A stretch of DNA of 63,876 bases, the filler included, from an uncultured bacterium (GTDB taxonomy: Bacteria > CAZSTA01): assembly GCA_964609495.1 (NCBI GenBank). It is 3 parts of 3 records of this genome, joined end to end, with 100 filler letters (N's around TTAATTAATTAA, not from the genome) between each part and the next. Parts side by side here need not be neighbours in the genome. Positions count along the whole stretch, not along the records: positions 22,552 to 44,824 come from CAZSTA010000038.1; positions 44,925 to 63,876 come from CAZSTA010000056.1; 1 more part is not named here. One strand, 5' to 3'. The notes below the pieces were generated by a model. It was not told the origin of the DNA and searched no databases. It saw nothing but the letters and a program-made list of their open reading frames with translations. Below are positions 40,685 through 50,541 of this stretch, one piece after another; within the stretch, counting starts at the first letter, position 1, and each line of letters opens with the position of its first letter. A program made the position numbers and the translations under genes.

Positions 40685-41164
40685 ATGGCTAAAGTGTTGA
40701 TAATCTATTATTCTAGATCAGGTCATACCAAGAGTATGGCTGAATGTGTAGAGAGAGGAGTTAAATCCCAGGGAGTAGAGGTCGAGACTAAGGCGGTTAA
40801 TGATGTTAAGCTGGAAGAACTGCTTGAAGTGGATGGCATAATAATAGGCTCTCCCACTTATTATGGAACGATGTCGGCTGAGATCAAGAAACTCCTCGAC
40901 GATAGCGTTAAGTATCACGGAAAGCTGGAAGGAAAGGTCGGAGCGGCCTTCTCATCTTCAGGAGGGCTCGCTGGTGGAAACGAGACTACGATTATGGATA
41001 TTTTAAAGGCTATGTTGATCCACGGGATGATAATTCAAGGCGATCCCCAGAAAGATCATTATGGACCTGTATCCGTAGGAAAGCCGGACGAGAGGAGCGA
41101 GGGAACTTGTGAGAGATTAGGAGAAAGGGTAGCTCAGTTAATCAAGAAGATTTGTAAGGAATAG
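40685..41164 (+). CDS. Flavodoxin/WrbA-like FMN protein
   Basis: YYSRSGHT, GSPTYYG, GKVGAAFSSSG..GG.ET. Confidence 0.9.
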   Translation: MAKVLIIYYSRSGHTKSMAECVERGVKSQGVEVETKAVNDVKLEELLEVDGIIIGSPTYYGTMSAEIKKLLDDSVKYHGKLEGKVGAAFSSSGGLAGGNETTIMDILKAMLIHGMIIQGDPQKDHYGPVSVGKPDERSEGTCERLGERVAQLIKKICKE

Positions 41165-41197
41165 TTATCTGAGCTTTAACTCTAGTTATATTCCACC

Positions 41198-41507
41198 ATA
41201 AGGCATGTAAAATCTTGCTAGCAGATTTTTGGGAAAATTCATAACAAATTTCGCTCATATTGGAATAGCGTGCCTAGCTAAAAATGTCTATACTTAGCAA
41301 TAAAGGAAACTTTTGCCGGTAACAAAACTCAAGGTTCAAAAATTTCCTTTACCCCCTCCTCTAACCCCTCTCATCGAGGGAGGGAAAGATAGGAAGATTA
41401 ATTTCTACTTGGATGTCTTCTCTCCCCTCGTGGGAGAGGGAACGATTATTCCCCCCGCCCTTGACGGGAGGGGGTCAGGGGAGAGTGATTTATTTGAATC
41501 TACTTAA
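41198..41507. repeat. REP/MITE-like repeat, copy C (three hairpins)
   Basis: Hairpins at 41350-41487; flanks shared with copy E (GCTCA.ATTGGA...TAGCTAAAAATGTC and TATTTGAA.CTACTTAA). Confidence 0.8.
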
Positions 41508-42637
41508 AATTCCTGAAGAAGGGTAAGCAACTTCCGATCTAGCTTGTGCTCATACCAGTCTTCATAATTTACATCCTGACGGCCGGAATCGAGTATCCCA
41601 AAGGACCCTCGGAAATTCCAGAGCGCATATCCGATCCCATAGGAGGTCAAGATCTCTAGGACATCACGGAGCCAGTCGAGGAATACCTTATGGGGAGTGT
41701 AACTGAACGCTCCGCCTTCTCCGCAGTGGACACCAACCCCCTGGCGGGCGAGGTTAGCCCACTTTTCGTAGTATTCTTCCAGATCTTTTCGATCCCAAGG
41801 CTTGCCGTAGTGTAATCCTCCAGGCCAGGTAGGTTCGGGCCAATTCTCACCGCCGACCCAACTCGCCTTATAGTGACTCACTCCCATTGGGTCATATGCC
41901 CGACAGCTCTGAGCGATTCCAAGATCCACAAGTTCAGGGCAGGGATCCCGCCCCCAACTAAGTCCATCGGCGATGATCAGGCGGTCGGGATCAACCTCTC
42001 GAATAGCCCGAGTGACAGTGCGGATGACCCGCTCGTGATCGGCACGAGTCATACCTCTCCTAGATGGAGCTGGCGGTTCATTCACCAGATCAAAGCTGAG
42101 CTGATCTGATGAGATACCAAGGTAGCGCTTGGCGAAGAGTTGCCAGTGAAAGCAAAACGCCTCCAGCGCTTCTTCATCTTTCCAGAGATTGAAGGGTTCT
42201 TCTCGCTCAGGATTCACAGAATACCCCGGCGCCCGGTGGAAATTAAGGGATACATGAATACCATACTTTCGCCCCAAACTAACTGCCCGATCGATCTTTT
42301 CGAGCATAGGCTCGTGCAATTTATATATATCATCTCCTTCTATCCATAAAAGATAGCACATAGGCAAACGCACAAAGTCGAATCCCCAATCAGCGATCCA
42401 ACGAAAATCATCCTCGCGAAAGTTCCCCTCGCTGTTGACGGTGAACATCTCAAGCAGATTGAATCCCCGCCAGCGGGGGAGAACAGTCTGAGCAAGTTCT
42501 GACATCTCTACCGCCTCCTTTGAATCCCAACCCTCTAAGAACATAGAGGTCGCTCCAAACGTCAATACTCCTGTGCCGACTATCTTTAGGAACTGTCTCC
42601 TGGATATCTTATTAATCTCCTGAACCGTAGATTTCAT
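41504..42637 (-). CDS. Glycoside hydrolase family 5 with Tat signal
   Basis: SRRQFLK leader; WRGFNL, FDFVRLP, LVNEP acid/base, HCGEGG nucleophile, ALWNF. Confidence 0.88.
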   Translation of the reverse strand: MKSTVQEINKISRRQFLKIVGTGVLTFGATSMFLEGWDSKEAVEMSELAQTVLPRWRGFNLLEMFTVNSEGNFREDDFRWIADWGFDFVRLPMCYLLWIEGDDIYKLHEPMLEKIDRAVSLGRKYGIHVSLNFHRAPGYSVNPEREEPFNLWKDEEALEAFCFHWQLFAKRYLGISSDQLSFDLVNEPPAPSRRGMTRADHERVIRTVTRAIREVDPDRLIIADGLSWGRDPCPELVDLGIAQSCRAYDPMGVSHYKASWVGGENWPEPTWPGGLHYGKPWDRKDLEEYYEKWANLARQGVGVHCGEGGAFSYTPHKVFLDWLRDVLEILTSYGIGYALWNFRGSFGILDSGRQDVNYEDWYEHKLDRKLLTLLQEF

Positions 42638-42687
42638 CTCCTTTCTCTTCACGATAAAATTGAGATTCAGTAGATCACAATGTTAAT

Positions 42688-42931
42688 ATGTCTTTACTTC
42701 GCAATTACGAATGTAAAGACCTTTCATTCACTGAAGATAGTCTATATTTCAATACGAAGTATAGGCTATTCCCCCCTCTCCCACGAGGGGAGAGGGGACG
42801 CTGAGATTGAGCTGAAGCCCTTTATTTCCCCCCGCCCTTGAGGGAGGGAAAGGGGGAGAGTGTAATGCGAAGCATAGACTTCTAGAGTTTGCTAGAGCAA
42901 GAGAAGAATCTTCAAATACGAAGTATAGACT
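42688..42931 (+). repeat. REP/MITE-like repeat, copy D
   Basis: Hairpin doublet 42771-42861 enclosed by inverted GTCTTTACTTCGCAA / TGCGAAGCATAGAC motifs. Confidence 0.8.
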
Positions 42932-42959
42932 TTTGGTGATCTACTGAGATTAGCTAATA

Positions 42960-43946
42960 TCAGGGGCAATCGGTCCAATCGAAGACTATCGCCAACCGCG
43001 GGGATCTTTTGTGCAAGAGGTCCTGGTACGCCTGCTGGGCTTCACGGGGAGGAACTTTTGTGTAGAGATCGTTGACCTTAATGCGTCCCTCAGCCAGCCA
43101 CCTCAGCGCAGCCGCGAGATTGCCGAAGATACTATTAGTACGGAAATCCGTTGTCTGCCAGGGCAGTTCCCATTCCCAGCCGCTGCGCATAACAACGTAC
43201 TTGAAGAAGATAGTATGTAGCAACTCGTGAGCATAAAGATCGGTTTGGCGTTTCCATGGAGTAGCCACCAACACCACTTCCCCGCGCTTTCGCACGATGT
43301 GGCATCCATCCAGAGTCGCTTGTTCGTGACCAGAGCATTCGAGCACCAAACCTACCTGGCCAGCGATATTCGGATCATCAAGAGGAACTGCGGGAAACAC
43401 CGGCTTGATCCCGGTTTGCAAGGCAATATCGCGTCGTGAGGCATTGGGTTCACACGCCATCACGTCATAGCCACAACTTGCAAAGACCTTCGCTGCCAGA
43501 TGTCCCACGAGGCCTAATCCCATCACCAGAACCTTTTCGGGTGGTCGAGCGCTGGTTGTGGTCAAGGTGCTCATAGTGACACCCATCATACGCGCAAAGG
43601 CACCGATCTCGGGTGATAAGCCCTCAGGTAAAAGTAATACTTCTTCCCGATTGAAACGTTGGAACGATCGATGAGGACCCATACAAAAGACGTGATCTCC
43701 TGCCTTGGTATCATTAACTTCGCTGCCAACGGCATCGACCTCAAAAACCGCCGCATAGCCTGGTAAATATGGAAAGGTCGTCCCCTGATAGCAACCAGCC
43801 AGCTCGGTGCCTGCGCTGATGAGCGTCACCAACGTTCGCCCAGCGACTTCTCGCGTCGCGAGAGGTCTGATCTCCTGCTCAACAGCCACTAGTTCAGCCT
43901 GTTCTCGTGCAGTTATGGTGACGGAGTATTCTTTTCTAATCGTCAT
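42960..43946 (-). CDS. Zinc-binding/MDR-family dehydrogenase
   Basis: ISAGTE, PGY, GLGLVG, ECSG. Confidence 0.85.
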   Translation of the reverse strand: MTIRKEYSVTITAREQAELVAVEQEIRPLATREVAGRTLVTLISAGTELAGCYQGTTFPYLPGYAAVFEVDAVGSEVNDTKAGDHVFCMGPHRSFQRFNREEVLLLPEGLSPEIGAFARMMGVTMSTLTTTSARPPEKVLVMGLGLVGHLAAKVFASCGYDVMACEPNASRRDIALQTGIKPVFPAVPLDDPNIAGQVGLVLECSGHEQATLDGCHIVRKRGEVVLVATPWKRQTDLYAHELLHTIFFKYVVMRSGWEWELPWQTTDFRTNSIFGNLAAALRWLAEGRIKVNDLYTKVPPREAQQAYQDLLHKRSPRLAIVFDWTDCP

Positions 43947-44779
43947 CGTATTGTTACCCCCATTTCCTTTGCGATTGATCTAACGTGATCGGCAGCCAGC
44001 GCATATTCTTCCTCAGTCTCCATATGCTCCAGCATAAGCGGAGTGTCTGGATCCAACTTGTTTAGCTCTTGCAGAAACACATAATAATCGAGATTCCCCA
44101 AACCAGGACGGACTTCATCGAGATGCACAGTGAGTTTTCCCGACAGGGCGATATCCTTAGCGTGACAGCTCCTAATATACGGACCGAGCTTCTCAAAGCA
44201 CTCACGGATGAGGGCGCCGTTATTGTAGAACCTTTGGGGACTACAAACAAGGTTCACTGGATCCAAATGAACGGCAAACTGTTTTCGGTCAATAGCACGA
44301 ATAAGTCTGAGGTAGGAATCCGCCGAGTCCGGATACATCCACGGCATAGTCTCCAGCGTCCAGAAAGTTCGAGTTGGTTTAACAGCATCTATTATCTTTC
44401 GAATCACCTCCACGATTAGGTCAAAGGTCTCCTCAGTGAAATTATCGGGATGTGGGCCATCCCACTGTTGGCCGCGTGATCCAGCAATATTGACACAGCA
44501 TCGAGCACCGATCTTATCAGCCAGAGCTAGCTGTTCCTGGCACAATGAGAGAGCTGAGCGATATGTTTCTTCATCGGAGCTTAAGGGATTGCTCCAAGCT
44601 CCCACCTCGGATATCACTATATCCGCCCTTTTCGCGGCATCGGCGTAGGCTTGGATAGTAGCATCGTCAGCTCCCCTCTCCACCGGACAATACGCGGCAC
44701 TATATCCATAATGTCGCAATGCCGCGATCCAACGCTCAGGATCGGGACAATCCGTAAATACATTTCCCCCTAGCCTCAT
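43943..44779 (-). CDS. Sugar phosphate isomerase/epimerase (TIM barrel)
   Basis: EVGAWSN, LETMPW, HLDPVN, HAKD, LEH. Confidence 0.88.
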   Translation of the reverse strand: MRLGGNVFTDCPDPERWIAALRHYGYSAAYCPVERGADDATIQAYADAAKRADIVISEVGAWSNPLSSDEETYRSALSLCQEQLALADKIGARCCVNIAGSRGQQWDGPHPDNFTEETFDLIVEVIRKIIDAVKPTRTFWTLETMPWMYPDSADSYLRLIRAIDRKQFAVHLDPVNLVCSPQRFYNNGALIRECFEKLGPYIRSCHAKDIALSGKLTVHLDEVRPGLGNLDYYVFLQELNKLDPDTPLMLEHMETEEEYALAADHVRSIAKEMGVTIR

Positions 44780-44824
44780 CGTTCAATCCCTCCCTGCTTG
44801 CTCAAACTCGCTCCTGCTTGGGTT

Positions 44825-44924
44825 NNNNNNNNNNNNNNNNNNNNNNNNNNNNNNNNNNNNNNNNNNNNTTAATTAATTAANNNNNNNNNNNNNNNNNNNN
44901 NNNNNNNNNNNNNNNNNNNNNNNN
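44825..44924. other. Artificial contig linker
   Basis: N-run, TTAATTAATTAA, N-run. Confidence 0.95.
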
Positions 44925-44978
44925 AGAGAGGGAGGACACACGGTTGGGGCTGGTGTTGTCGCCGAAATCATCGAGTGA
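44925..44978 (+). CDS. tuf: 3' end of elongation factor Tu (partial)
   Basis: REGGHTVGAGVVAEIIE* matches the conserved EF-Tu C-terminus; not in the ORF track. Confidence 0.9.
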   Translation, partial: REGGHTVGAGVVAEIIE

Positions 44979-45002
44979 GGAACTCTGGTTATAATCTATG
45001 AT

Positions 45003-45079
45003 GGGCCTATAGCTCAGGTGGTGAGAGCGCACGCCTGATAAGCGTGAGGTCCCTGGTTCGAATCCAGGTAGGCCCACCA
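45003..45079 (+). tRNA. tRNA-Ile(GAT)
   Basis: GGGCCTA/TAGGCCC acceptor stem, CTGATAA anticodon loop, GGTTCGAATCC, encoded CCA. Confidence 0.97.
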
Positions 45080-45130
45080 GTTGAGATAGTGATCCGAGGC
45101 GAGGGATGAATTCCTTGACTCGATTTTGAG

Positions 45131-45206
45131 GGGGATGTAGCTCAGTTGGGAGAGCGCCGCCCTTGCAAGGCGGAGGTCAGCGGTTCGAACCCGCTCATCT
45201 CCACCA
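45131..45206 (+). tRNA. tRNA-Ala(TGC)
   Basis: GGGGATG/CATCTCC with G3:U70, TTGCAA anticodon loop, GGTTCGAAC, encoded CCA. Confidence 0.97.
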
Positions 45207-45313
45207 TAATAAATTCTTTTAGATAGGAATGGCTAGCGACTGAGGTTTTGCCAAGGGCAAGCGGTAGAAGCTAGCCTTTATTTATATATTTAAGAAAGGG
45301 TGAGGACAAAGAT

Positions 45314-46420
45314 ATGGAGTTCGCTAGGAGGGTGGCAAATATAGATCTATCAGGAATTCGCAAGATCTTTGAAGCGGCAGGATCAGGAGCTATCAACTTA
45401 GGCTTAGGACAGCCCGATTTCGATACTCCTGAGCATATTAAGGAGGCGGCAATACAGGCTATTAGGGATGGATTTACTAAATATACTCATAATGTTGGGG
45501 AACTTCCGCTTCGGGAGGCTATCTGTGAGAAGTTCAAATGTGATAACGATATTGAGGTGAAGCTAGATGAGATAATCGTTACTGCTGGAGCTAGTGAAGC
45601 CTTACATCTAGCTTTAGAGGCTTTAGTAGGCCCTGGCGATGAGGTGCTAATTCCAGATCCTAGTTTCGTCTCCTATGCGGCTTTAACTAAGGTCGCAGGG
45701 GCAACCCCGGTTTATATTCCTTTGGACGATAATCTTCATCTACAAGCAGATATTATCTCTGAATATATAACTCCTAATACTAAGGTGCTAGTTATGAATT
45801 CTCCTTCCAATCCGACTGGAGCGGTTCAAACTGCTGAGGAGATAGAGGCTATCGCCGATTTGGCTTCCGAGAGGGGGCTAGTAATAATCTCTGATGAGGT
45901 ATATGAGCACTTCATCTATGAAGGAGAGCATTTCAGTCCCGCTAACTTTTACGATGGGATTATCACTATCAATGCTACCTCTAAGACTTATGCGATGACC
46001 GGTTGGAGATTGGGATATCTATCGGCTCCGAAGAATTATGTGGAGCAGATGTTAAAGATCCACCAGTATTGTCAAGCTTGTGCCTGCTCTATCTCTCAAA
46101 GAGCTGCTTATGCTGCTTTAACTGGCCCTCAGGATTCCGTAGCGAAAATGAGAGATGCTTTTAGAGAGAGAAGAGAATTATTGCTAACGGGTCTTAAAGA
46201 TCTCAACATCGACTGCATAAAGCCCGCGGGGGCTTTCTATGTTTTCCCTGAAGTGGAGAATGAGATGGATAAGGTAAATAAACTGTTGGCAAGAGGGGTC
46301 ATAACTGTCCCCGGGACTGCTTTTGGAGAAGAAGGTAGAGGACATATCCGTCTATCTTATGCTACCTCTGCGGATAATATCAAGAAAGCTCTGGAGATAA
46401 TGGCTGAGGTATTGTCTTGA
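45314..46420 (+). CDS. Class I/II PLP aminotransferase (aspartate aminotransferase-like)
   Basis: GQPDF, NSPSNPTG, SDEVY, SKTYAMTGWRLG. Confidence 0.93.
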   Translation: MEFARRVANIDLSGIRKIFEAAGSGAINLGLGQPDFDTPEHIKEAAIQAIRDGFTKYTHNVGELPLREAICEKFKCDNDIEVKLDEIIVTAGASEALHLALEALVGPGDEVLIPDPSFVSYAALTKVAGATPVYIPLDDNLHLQADIISEYITPNTKVLVMNSPSNPTGAVQTAEEIEAIADLASERGLVIISDEVYEHFIYEGEHFSPANFYDGIITINATSKTYAMTGWRLGYLSAPKNYVEQMLKIHQYCQACACSISQRAAYAALTGPQDSVAKMRDAFRERRELLLTGLKDLNIDCIKPAGAFYVFPEVENEMDKVNKLLARGVITVPGTAFGEEGRGHIRLSYATSADNIKKALEIMAEVLS

Positions 46421-46456
46421 AGGACAGTTGTGAATAACAAGGAAGGAGTAAATGAA

Positions 46457-47155
46457 ATGAGAAATAGAGAGCGAGTGATCGAGTGTTTGAAGGTTTTTCC
46501 CAAGCTATATTTCGATAAAAATGAAACTTTGCTCCCCTCTAAGATGGGGTATTTCATCTATCGGAAAGGAGTTGATAAGAGTCCGATAGAATCCCCCACC
46601 TTTCCCAGAAGATTATCCTTTATCCATCATAGCTCGGTTATATGTGAATTCTCTCTCTGGTATGATGCCGATATATCTCATCTCTATGAGCTGGAGCATA
46701 TATGGGTTTATGCCGATGATAACGATAAAGTGGTGAAGATCGAGGCTAGCTTTCATGGGAGCTTCAGTGGGTTCTCTCCAGAGGATAAACTTCTCGTTGA
46801 ACCGGGAAAGCATGCTCACTGTAGTTCGATAGAGCAATTTCCATTAAGCATAGAAGAATCGACTCGGATATGTGAAAATCCGGGGAGCGAAGGATTATTG
46901 ATAATAGGTTTGAACGCACCAGAGCTTCAAGATTTTAAAGAGGAGTTGAGAATAAGCTATAAAAATGAGGAGATAGATGGCTTAATAAGAGAGGATTTTC
47001 AGAAGTATGCTTTTACTCCTTCTTATGAGATGATAGAGGAGTTTATTCCTTCAGAGGATATATTATGTCCTTGGGAGGAGTTGAGGGAGTATATAAAGAC
47101 TTTTCTGTATGATAAACTTTCGGAATTGAAAGCGAAAAGCGGGGAGAAGATGTAG
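46457..47155 (+). CDS. Hypothetical protein
   Basis: AAGGAG RBS; conserved-looking WYDADISHLYELEHIWV, ASFHG and PGKH; precedes a HAD gene. Confidence 0.65.
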   Translation: MRNRERVIECLKVFPKLYFDKNETLLPSKMGYFIYRKGVDKSPIESPTFPRRLSFIHHSSVICEFSLWYDADISHLYELEHIWVYADDNDKVVKIEASFHGSFSGFSPEDKLLVEPGKHAHCSSIEQFPLSIEESTRICENPGSEGLLIIGLNAPELQDFKEELRISYKNEEIDGLIREDFQKYAFTPSYEMIEEFIPSEDILCPWEELREYIKTFLYDKLSELKAKSGEKM

Positions 47156-47158
47156 CGG

Positions 47159-47905
47159 ATGAAGAGAAGACTTAAAGCTGTTATATTTGATATGGGTGGA
47201 ACTTTACTTGACTTCGATTCTATTCCCTGGCAGGAAGCAGAAGCTCAAGGATATAAAAATGTATATGATAGGCTGGTAAATGATGGATATTCACTTCCTT
47301 CTGAAGATGAGTTTATTCAGTCGCTAAGGGAGATTGTTGAGGAATATTGGAGCAGAGCTATTGATAAAGGAGAAGGAGTTAGTTTAGAAGATGTATTCGC
47401 GGAAATCTCTAGTCGCTTTAGCCTATAGCTACCCGATTCCGATCTGCTATCCTATATGTGGAGTTACTATTACCCGCTCTCATCTCAATTATCCGTCTTC
47501 GATTCTACCAGAGAGACTCTAATTGCTCTGAAGAGGAGAGGATTGAAGATCGGTTTAATATCTAATACCCTTTGTCCAGGAGAGCTACATCAGGAGGAGC
47601 TACGTCGGTTCGATATACTGGAGCTATTCGATGATCTGAAGTTCTCCTCCGATTTCAGATACGCGAAGCCTCATCCCTCTATCTTCCGCGCTTCTTTAGA
47701 AGCTCTAGGGGTTGAGCCAGAGGAGGCGGTCTTTGTAGGAGACAGGATAGTTGACGATGTCTCCGGTGCTCAAGGAGTAGGGATGAAGGGGATATTGAGG
47801 GAGTTGGATAGCAGAGAGGAGAAGAGCGATATTACAATCCCCGATGGAAGGATCAGATCATTAAGGGAATTAGAGGATATACTCAGTCAGCTTTATTTCT
47901 TATGA
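47159..47905 (+). pseudogene. HAD-family hydrolase interrupted by in-frame TAG (47426-47428)
   Basis: Motif I FDMGGTL in the first ORF; SN, KPHP and VGD...DV in the second ORF, same frame. Confidence 0.8.
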
Positions 47906-47924
47906 ATAGGAGGATTTAATTATT

Positions 47925-49319
47925 ATGAGAGAACTTATGGAGGATATAGTTAAAGAGGGAGGGAAGAAGGGCGCTGAATTTTGTGATGTGAGAATGGTGA
48001 CTATGACTGGGACCTCTATCAGAATCGAAGATGGAGTCGCCAAGGAGCTTATGGCTCCCCGCGACTATGGAGCCTGTGTTCGAGTCCTCTACAATGGCTA
48101 TTGGGGCTTCGCCTCGACTAATATAGTCGATAAAGCTAGTTTGGAGGAGACCCTTTTCAGCGCAATCGACTCGGCTAGGGCTAAGACGGTAGGGGAGAGG
48201 ACTAAGATCGTCGAGGTGAAGCCTCACGAGGATAAAGCGATCAGTAAATACGAGATCGATCCGCGAGAAGTTAGTGAAGCGGAGAAGATGGAGCATCTAA
48301 GAGGATTGGAGGAGGCGGCCCGGCAATATAGTGATAAGGTAGCCAATACTGTGCTTGGTTATGGCGATGGAGTTATGCAAGAGGTGGTTTGTAATTCCTT
48401 CGGTGTTTATACTGATCAGACCTTAGTTCGCACTAGGTCTTCGATTGTGGTTACTGCAAAGGAAGGGGATAATAGACAGTCGGCTCGTCGCTCGATCGGT
48501 AAGCTCTCTGGCTTTGAGCTTATTAAAAATACCGATCCTGAGAAGTTCGGTATAGAAGCGGCGAAAGTAGCGGTTGATCTACTTAAAGCGGATAAAGCTC
48601 CCGCGGGTTCGTTCCCGGTTATTATGGACCCTGGTATCTCGGGTCTATTCGCTCATGAAGCTTTGGGACATAATGCTGAGGGCGATTTGGTAGCTTTTCA
48701 TGAGAGCATCATTGAGGGGATGGTGGGAGAAAAGATCGCAAGCGAGGCCGTTACCTTAATCGATGATGCTACTTATGAGGATTATACCTATAGTGGATGT
48801 TACTACTTCGACTCTGAAGGAACTCCTGCTCAAAGAAGGGTTATCATTGAGGAGGGGGTATTAAAGGGATATATGCATAGTTTAGAGACCGCGGCTCTTC
48901 TCGATGCCCAGCCGAATGGGAGCTGTCGCGGTTATCTGCACCAGAATATCCCGATAGTTAGAATGAGTAACACCTTCTTCGCTCCCGGAGAATATACCTT
49001 AGATGAATTGATGAATGGGATCGAGCTTGGTTTGTTGGTGAAGGGCGCTAACTGGGGATATGTCTTTGTGGAGAGAGGGCAATTCACCTGCAATATCGAG
49101 GAAGCATATATGATCCGAAATGGCAAACTAGCCGAGCGGATCAGCAATGTGAGCATCGGAGGATTGACGCTCGATACTTTGAAGAGGATCGAAGGCTGTA
49201 GCAAGGAGTTCGATCTCAGGCTCTCCGGCGGGATGTGTGGCAAGGGACAACCGATGTGGGTCGATGCTGGTGGCCCTTATATGCTCGTTGGAGATGTGGT
49301 AGTAGGTGGGTATAAGTAG
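47925..49319 (+). CDS. tldD: TldD metalloprotease
   Basis: HEALGHNAEGD, DSEG, RMSNT, CGKGQ. Confidence 0.92.
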   Translation: MRELMEDIVKEGGKKGAEFCDVRMVTMTGTSIRIEDGVAKELMAPRDYGACVRVLYNGYWGFASTNIVDKASLEETLFSAIDSARAKTVGERTKIVEVKPHEDKAISKYEIDPREVSEAEKMEHLRGLEEAARQYSDKVANTVLGYGDGVMQEVVCNSFGVYTDQTLVRTRSSIVVTAKEGDNRQSARRSIGKLSGFELIKNTDPEKFGIEAAKVAVDLLKADKAPAGSFPVIMDPGISGLFAHEALGHNAEGDLVAFHESIIEGMVGEKIASEAVTLIDDATYEDYTYSGCYYFDSEGTPAQRRVIIEEGVLKGYMHSLETAALLDAQPNGSCRGYLHQNIPIVRMSNTFFAPGEYTLDELMNGIELGLLVKGANWGYVFVERGQFTCNIEEAYMIRNGKLAERISNVSIGGLTLDTLKRIEGCSKEFDLRLSGGMCGKGQPMWVDAGGPYMLVGDVVVGGYK

Positions 49320-49362
49320 ATCGACTTCGCTGATTTCGGATAATGCGAAGGTGATGAGAGAT

Positions 49363-50148
49363 ATGCAAATAAGTGCAACGTATCCGACCATTGAACACAC
49401 CCAGGCTTCAGAAGTCGTTGTAGATTTCTTCTCCGTATGTCCAGATGTAGAAGCTGTTATCCTTATAGGCTCTTGTGCGCGTGGGAAAGCCACTCCTGAT
49501 AGCTGTCTGGATTTCCTGGTGCTTGTGCTCCCTGAAGTGCTTTCAACCGAAAAGGCTGCCCTAGAACAACGATGGAGCAACTTCTATGAGACAGAGGACG
49601 TCTTCAAGGTGTTGAGGCAGGTGGGAAAATATTCGCACGTTGACTTAGACTTCATCAATGGCTGTTTTGTGCCCAAACCGCGCAGTCCGACTTCCGGACC
49701 GGATGAGTTCGAATTAGAGATAGGGAACACTCTAGTATATAGCGTTAGCCTCTGGGAACGTAGTAATTACCTCGAGTATCTTAAAGCCCGGTGGCTACCG
49801 TATTACGATGAATCGCTTCGCCGAAAAAGACTGGCTATGGTGCGTCGCTATTGCCTTGACAACCTCGATCACATTCCTATGTTCGTGGATTGGGGCTTAT
49901 ACTTTCAGGCTTTCCACCGACTATATGACGCTTTCCGAGAATTTCTTCAGGCTCTTTTCATTTCTCGCGGAACTTACCCTATCGCTTACGATAAGTGGAT
50001 CCGAGAGCAGATCGAGGAGATTCTGGGAATGCCGGAACTCTATCAACAATTGCGGAAGTTCTTTGAGATCGAACACTTTGAGAGTCAAGAGATCTCTCGC
50101 AAAGCAGAGGCTTTAGGTCGTCTTCTGAAGGAATATGTTGCGGAGTGA
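49363..50148 (+). CDS. Nucleotidyltransferase-domain protein
   Basis: GSCARG...DSCLD; C-terminal helical region YPIAYDKW. Confidence 0.75.
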   Translation: MQISATYPTIEHTQASEVVVDFFSVCPDVEAVILIGSCARGKATPDSCLDFLVLVLPEVLSTEKAALEQRWSNFYETEDVFKVLRQVGKYSHVDLDFINGCFVPKPRSPTSGPDEFELEIGNTLVYSVSLWERSNYLEYLKARWLPYYDESLRRKRLAMVRRYCLDNLDHIPMFVDWGLYFQAFHRLYDAFREFLQALFISRGTYPIAYDKWIREQIEEILGMPELYQQLRKFFEIEHFESQEISRKAEALGRLLKEYVAE

Positions 50149-50171
50149 CTTAGACGGTGCATCGCCTAACA

Positions 50172-50432
50172 CAGAAATTTGTCGAAAAACCCCTTGAAAG
50201 TGGTTAGTTTTTACTTTCTTCGGGAGATGTTATGTTATTGATGTAGTTGATGAGAATGAATATTTATATAAAAGATCGAGAGAAATCCGAACTCTTTAAG
50301 CAGCGACTCTAAAGACATTAGGGAAAATTCTCACCAACTCCGCCAGCTTATACTTCTTTCCTCTCTTGGGGATTTTACCTCTTCCCTTATATACTGGTTT
50401 ATCCCAAGCCACTGCATCTCGTCTCAATCTGG
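50172..50432 (-). mobile_element. IS remnant (DDE transposase fragment and probable terminus)
   Basis: Minus frame TRLRRDAVAWDKPVYKGRGKIPKRGKKYKLA resembles the IS4/IS701-like RLR.D...GRG.P.K.G motif; putative end CAGAAATTTG at 50172. Confidence 0.55.
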
Positions 50433-50523
50433 TTCAGTCTTCACTTTACCGGTTATAATCATATTCTTCTTCACCCAAAGATATTTCATCGAGGGTATTA
50501 CTCTTACCGGGGTGAAGGGATAG
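50431..50523 (+). pseudogene. C-terminal remnant of a carbohydrate ABC permease
   Basis: TLPVIIIFFFTQRYFIEGITLTGVKG* is the typical MalG-type C-terminus. Confidence 0.75.
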
Positions 50524-50541
50524 AATAGATAAGGATGACTT

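Noticed and set aside
20491-47428. Genome-wide TAG reassignment suggested by two read-through-looking ambers
   Set aside because: Conserved genes such as aroA, trpS and udg end correctly at TAG.
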